Origin: Utricularia gibba
Taxonomy: Eukaryota; Plantae; Magnoliophyta
Length of the DNA stretch: 64,000 nucleotides
Assembly (NCBI GenBank): GCA_002189035.1
Contig: NEEC01000018.1
Span: forward strand, 1,922,001-1,986,000
Direction: 5' to 3'
Position 1 is the stretch's first letter. Each line of letters opens with the position of its first letter. Below the pieces are notes generated by a model. That model did not search any database. It saw only the letters and a list, made by a program, of their open reading frames with translations, and was not told where the DNA came from. The position numbers were made by a program, and so were the translations under genes. This document shows positions 58,275 through 64,000 of this stretch, piece by piece.

Positions 58275-59840
58275 ATGGTACTTTGGAGAGTAAGTAGTCG
58301 GCTTGCCAGGGATTTGCTCATTCAGCGGCGGATTTCGGCGATCTTTTTCGGCCGGAATGAAAACGTACATTTTCACTCTTTGACGAACTGCGTTCAGCAA
58401 CCTCGCCTGTATGGTTTCAAGGTGCTGTATTTGATTTTCAATGCTTGGGAAAGATGGTTTCATCACAATTATTCTATTGGGGATTCTGTTTATGTTTCTT
58501 GCTCTCCTCGTTGATGTTGCCGAGCTTAATTGAACTTCGACGCTTTTGTTCTGACACTTTCACCATATGCAATTGAAACATTTGAGATCGAAATTCACCC
58601 TGGTAGACAGTGGTGCAATTGAAACGTTCAAGGAGAATTAGTTGTTCCCTGCGTTCCATTTTCGGTGGTAAAATTTTTGCATCTGGCAGTTAATCTTTTT
58701 CTGTTGTTTCGTTTTAGGTTGTACCTTCAGTCTTGAATGGTCAATGCTTGGGATTATCTTCAACTGCCTCACCACAGGCCAGTGAAAAGGAAACACCTCA
58801 ATCTTCAACTGAATCGGAGGAAAAAGGAGATGGCGAACGTCCGGCTGATTCTCATCAACAGAAAGAATCAGCACACCCTGAGAAGGCTGAAGGCTCAGGT
58901 AATGTTCAACGAAATCCCTTTCTAATGTATTCAGTACTTTGAAATTGCATTGGTTGCTAATTCCCTTTTTTCTTCCACCACTTGGGATTCTGATCCAGAG
59001 TTTGATACTGAGCTTTCCAAAGACGACCTTTTCAAGCTTCTACGGGAGAAGGAGGGACACCTGTTGGCTAAACAAAGTGAGATTAGTGCTATGAAGGATA
59101 AGCTTCTCAGGAGCCTGGCAGAGATGGAAAATGTGAAGGAGCGTAGTAGACGAGAGTCGGATAATGCCAAAAAGTTTGCCATTCAGGTGCACTTTTGTGA
59201 CCCCTCAACCTCATTTACACAGCCTGCGTCTTTGAGGCAGAGCTCTTCTACATCATGTGTTTATACTTCGTCTGGTGCAGGATTTTGCAAAAAAGCTTCT
59301 TGATGTAGCAGATAATTTGAGCAGAGCTGCCTCCGCTACGAAAGAAAGCTTTTCTAAAATCGGAATACCTGAAGAAGATACAACTGGAGCTGTGCAACAA
59401 CTCAAGACTCTCCTTGAAGGTGTTGAAATGACTGAAAAACAATTGATAGAGGTAATTCCCAGTCTTGGTTACATGTATTGGATCTCTTTTTCTGATAGCA
59501 CCAGATTTCTTAATGATCAGGTCTTCAAAAAGAACGGACTCGAAAGATACAACCCTGTCGATAAGGAATTCGACCCAAATCAGCATAATGCAGTGTTTCA
59601 AGTGCCAACTGCTTCCAAGGCAGAGGGGCTTGTTGCAGTTGTTCTAAAGGTATCTGAAATGCCAATTAAGTTTGGTGATGAATCCTCATTGTATCATGTG
59701 ACGGTGACATCAAAGCTTATGTTTTCCGGTGGATGATTCAGGCTGGATACACTCTGCATGACCGAGTTATTAGGCCGGCAGAAGTCGGGGTGACGGTTGC
59801 TCTAAACACGGAGGAATCAGAATCATCAAACAAGGAGTAG
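58275..59840 (+). CDS. GrpE: GrpE nucleotide exchange factor, mitochondrial type
   Basis: Arg-rich presequence MVLWRVSSRLARDLL; LRSLAEMENVKERSRRE...KKFAIQ|DFAKKLLDVADNL, EGVEMTEKQL, FDPNQHNAVF, K|AGYTLHDRVIRPAEVGV. Confidence 0.92.
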
Positions 59841-60287
59841 TAGTAAACTGATACAGCAAAGAATCAACCAGGTTACATGGAGGCTTCCATTGATTTCTTG
59901 GAATGAGGTTTCTAGTTGAAGAGGTTACCGCAACACCTTCTGTGGGAAGCATTTCTTTACTCGCTTTGGTACAAATATGAGTAGTCCAAGGGCGAGCTTT
60001 CTTCACCCATGAGGCACACAGCTTTTAATTGGATAATTTATATAGCAAATAATCAATTTTCAAAGCTGACCATTGAACCATTAACTAAACGCTCTGTTGA
60101 TTTTCACATCCCTACAAAAGGGTCATAGGGCAAAAAATCAAGAAACCTGAGCTGCCCATTATACATGTGAGGGGTAATGTATCACAAACATGGCCGGTAG
60201 AAAAGGGTGAAATAAGAAAACGAGGTAAAGGCAGTAAAATACAACTACTTTGTGATGGAGTGTAACTTCCCACCTAAACAAACCATT

Positions 60288-62075
60288 TCAAGCATTCCTA
60301 GGCTCAGATGAGAGGTTTTCCATTTGCTCTGTGAGGTCAGCCATGTTTTGGGACTTATCCCACCCATCCTCCTCCTGTCCACGCTGGGGATATTCAGTGG
60401 TAAGGGTGGAGTCCACCTCTGCTCCAAGAGGTGGGCTCTGAAGGTACTTTTCCCAGAAGGGAGAACTGATTCCAGGAAGCTGGGATATATCTTCCAGCAA
60501 CGAGTTGTCCCAATCCAAGGACACACTGGGGGAGAAGTCGTCCATTTCTATGGGAGGGATATCTGCAGTTACAGGAAATGCAGGGTCTATATAGCCATTG
60601 GCTTCCGTTTTAATACTGCCTTCACTGACCTCAGGCACCATCACAGGGATCTCAGGCTGTATGGAGTCTGCCGTTGGCATGAGAAGCGCTTCTTGAGTGA
60701 CATCCAGTGGAACGCCGTTTTCAAACTGGTTGGCGGCTAACTCTGCAGCCCCTTCCATCGTTGTAGCTAATGGGATGAAAGCTGGCCCAGAAGCTGGAGG
60801 TACTTCTTGAAGCGTCACCCCTGATATACTGTCTGGAGAACTTCTGGGGTCCAACTGGTTAGAAACTGATGGAATGTTGCCGATCAGAAACCCACTAGAG
60901 TTATTCCCTATGTTCTCTAGCCTGGAAGGGTCCAACTTCCTAATCTCTTTGAGGAATGATTGGGCAGCCTCATTGATCAAAGGTTGGTATTTGACGATTT
61001 GACCATCAGCAGGGCGGCCAACAGAATAGTCATCTGAAGTGCCCTCCTGCTTCAGTCTTCTTTTCTTGTTTCCTTCTGTTAACCTTCGATTACCATCATT
61101 TGGCTGCTGCATAAACTGTGCCAGGAATCCAGGGCTGTTGACCGCCTTCGCAAGGAATGACATCATCTGCTGCTGACGTTGTTCCATAACCTGAAGACGC
61201 TGGATCGTAGTTTGTAATTGCCCGTCAGTGGACTGTTGCTGTTGCCGGACTCTGACAAGCTCCTGCATCAGGACATTCTTGTCCCTCTTAAGCCTTTCCA
61301 CTTCCTCTTCAAGCCCAAATTTCCCGACTTCAACACATGCCACCGAGCTCTGAGCATTTACATGCTGCTGGAGTGGAGGGTGTCCATGTGCTGGCTTCCG
61401 ACGACTGATAGATTTCAGGAGATACTTTTGCCCTCTTAAGAATCCTTCATTAGCAAACTCCCAACGGTCCGGGTCAACCTTTCTGAAACCCTGTTTCTCC
61501 AGAAAAATTCCCATCAAAACCAAACCAAACAATGATATATAAAGAATATCAACGACCGGAGAAAACAAGCACAGACCATGTGTTCACTGATAATCTAAAA
61601 ATCAATACTATCACATATTAGAGATTCAGAAATTCCCGGAAAACCTTGATGACGAAATTGAGGGTGCAAGCTCAGGACACAAACGCATCCAAATCAGAGG
61701 ACTAACCGTTGATGGAATTAACGAAACAACCACATATATTTACCCAAGAAATTAGAAAACGGCCAACCAAAAGAAAAGAACAAGTTAAAGAAGCCATACG
61801 TAAGTGTTGAGCTGACGAACGAAGCTGGAGAAGTTACTGTGCTTGAAGTACTTGGGCAGCAAGTCTCGTGCGAACTCAGCAGAATCCCAGACCACAAAAC
61901 TGTTGTTCGTGGAGCTCCAAGAAACAATCTTATCCGTGGAAGGGTCATCCACCATATCGTACGTCTTGACCAGAAATGGCGGCGGCCCGTTCGCCGCTGG
62001 CATCGGATGCGGCAGGGCGGACCTCCCGCCATCTCCGCCGTCCAAAACAGCCGAAGAGTTAGACGACGCCTCCAT
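60288..62075 (-). CDS. HSFA1: Heat stress transcription factor class A1, 2 exons
   Basis: Exons 62075-61800 and 61490-60288. [17 protein letters not shown]...[15 protein letters not shown]|[15 protein letters not shown]; class A HR-A/B; NLS KKRRLK; AHA motif SPFWEKYL; [11 protein letters not shown]. Confidence 0.95.
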
Positions 62076-62129
62076 CAAACGGATCTTTTCCGGCACATTG
62101 GATCGAGCAAACACCCAAGAGAAAGGGGG

Positions 62130-62138
62130 TTAGGGTTT
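62130..62138 (-). promoter_or_regulatory. Telo-box (AAACCCTAA) in the HSFA1 leader
   Basis: TTAGGGTTT on the + strand, 55 nt upstream of the HSFA1 ATG. Confidence 0.5.
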
Positions 62139-62550
62139 TAGTCAAGGGGATATGGATTGAAATCAAACGACAAGAGCCCTAGGGATTCGAGTGCAGAGAG
62201 TCCCACAACAGGAATTACTTGGGAAGGAAAACAAAAAAATCTAAAATTGAAAAAATTCATTTTTTAATAATAAAAAATAATTGTTATTCTGGCTTTTTCC
62301 CCTTTACCCAGCCTTCTCTTCTGAAAAAGACATCATCTTCCTCCCCATGTACAGCAACCGAAGCTTTGACATGAGCTTACAGGTATCAGTTCAAGCTAAA
62401 GAAGAAGCCTGTGCATCTACGGAGTTCAACAGTAAATAACAAGCAGCAAATGCCCAGATCTAATAACTGACAACATCATGCTGAATGAAATTCCAAAGCA
62501 TGAAACCAGGTCACAAGTCAGAGGCTCAGCAGAGAAGATTCATCTGGCGA

Positions 62551-64000
62551 TCAAGTCCCAGAGCACTGGATTACGTGGTCCTTGAATTTCTGAAGCTCTT
62601 CCAGGACTTCATCTTTTGGTCTGTAGAGTAGATCCGTCATGCGCCAGAGCTGCAAGGTGCCGCCCCCGCCGTAGGAATCTCCGTCGTCTGAGACGCTCAC
62701 AAGAGTCCATGGATCATCAGCATTCCACTGGAAGTCCACAACCTTGTCTCTGAAACCAGGAAATCAGGATTGTTGGAGATGAAAGCAAGATCTTTCGAGG
62801 GATATGTGTACCAGGAAGATGGTGGGATTATTGAGGTTGCTGATGAAGGTACCTGTGTCCAGCATGCTGGAAAAACAACCCTGCGGGAGCAATGGGAACT
62901 GTAGTTCCTGTTTCTTCCTGCTGACCAACCTGCACAAACTTGTGAGTTCCCAGGCGAACCAAAATGCATACAATTTCTGCTGTAAAACTGGATGGCATTA
63001 ATACTAAACATAACTACTGGACTCGGTTACATTTTCATCAGCACATATACTTTTATTGTAGTCCCAGATATAAAAATGAAGCGAAGATTCATACCTTGTT
63101 GTAGTCCCAGATATTCAACAAGCCATCTTCAGCTGAGCTTCCAAAGACACTTTGCTTGTCAGGTGACCACTGCAAATTGGAAAAATGAGTTGGCTTGTAA
63201 CATCAAAAGGACAAGTATGAAAAAACAGATAAATGTAGCCTACCTGGACACAGAGAACGGCGGCACTGTGACCCTCAAATTTGTGCACAGGCAACCCAAC
63301 TCCATTGGACAATAAATTCCGGCGATCGAACATGTGAACTGAGCGATCTGCAGACCTGATGGATGACATTAAAAAGACAGCACATCATCAAAGGACCTGA
63401 TCCGTTCCAAAAATTTGTATTTGGGTTGCCTCTTACCCAGTCAAGATATAATTTTCATCATGGAAGCTCCAATCTACGCAGTGGAGATCAGAATTGTGGG
63501 CCTTTTCAACCTAGTATAAAAAACATAAAGGAAGAATATAATAAGCTTTCAATGCCAGAAGGGAATATGAACTAGACAAACTAGAGGGAAAAAGTTCATC
63601 TTACCCTCATTGATGGACTGGTCCCACTTCTTGCATCCCAGAGTATCAAGCAAGAATCATCACCAACACTACAAAATTGCTGAGAGCTGCAACCAAATAT
63701 GTGGTTCACGTCAAGGGACAGTCAGTATTTGAAATGAATACGGAGAGAACTGTATTCATGCACGGTCTTCAAGTACATGCGATGAAAACACCAAGAACGA
63801 ACTCATAAAAATACCTGGATGGGCAAAACTGAACGTCCTCAACAGTGTCAGTGTGCCCTTGGAACACCCCACGAGGACCAACTGTAGAATTATCAGCTGG
63901 TTTGACAATTGAACCAGTTGATTCCACTGATTGAGTAGGGTCAGCAGCCAAGGATGAAACATGGTCCTGAATGCTCCAAAGCACCACTGACTTATCCCTT
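62551..64000 (-). CDS. MSI4: WD40 protein MSI4/FVE, C-terminal part (runs off window end)
   Basis: DKSVVLWSIQDH, GPRGVFQGHTDTVEDVQFCPS, VGDDSCLILWDAR, KAHNSDLHCVDW, FEGHSAAVLCVQ|WSPDK, LFFQHAGHR|DKVVDFQWN, GGGGTLQLWRMTDLLYRP. Confidence 0.95.

Noticed and set aside
61491-61799. Possible poison mini-exon in the HSFA1 DBD intron
   Set aside because: Known for some HSFs, but I could not identify a convincing acceptor/donor pair here.

Overview
Gene-dense eudicot plant nuclear DNA: 21 intron-containing or single-exon protein genes in 64 kb (two cut by the window edges), one tRNA-His gene and one unprocessed pseudogene. I recognised no transposon, rRNA or CRISPR, and many introns are only about 65-90 nt. 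Gene order: uncharacterised protein with a duplicated W/F-Y-x-Y-E-S-P motif, glycerol-3-phosphate permease, ferredoxin C2, strigolactone receptor D14, ECA3 Ca/Mn-ATPase, V-ATPase subunit a, DUF604 glycosyltransferase, patatin pPLAIII, small DnaJ, tRNA-His(GUG), ALKBH10-like, BSD protein, PIEZO, histone H2A.X, BRN1-like pseudogene, SR34-like splicing factor, polygalacturonase, DUF455 ferritin-like protein, NOP2/Sun methyltransferase, GH9 endoglucanase, mitochondrial GrpE, HSFA1, MSI4/FVE. Most notable points: (1) three otherwise intact conserved genes are each broken by exactly one missing G in a sense-strand G-run, most likely a systematic sequencing error, less likely real lesions or G-insertion slippage; (2) an intact ALKBH10 homologue has His->Gln in the PPHLE motif; (3) a decayed, intron-retaining BRN1/CELF RRM gene lies between H2A.X and SR34; (4) a duplicated 25-aa motif is under clear purifying selection; (5) only 89 bp separate the GH9 stop from the next same-strand ATG. 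I see no evidence for a wholly new multi-gene system. Family calls rest on remembered family motifs, not on database searches.
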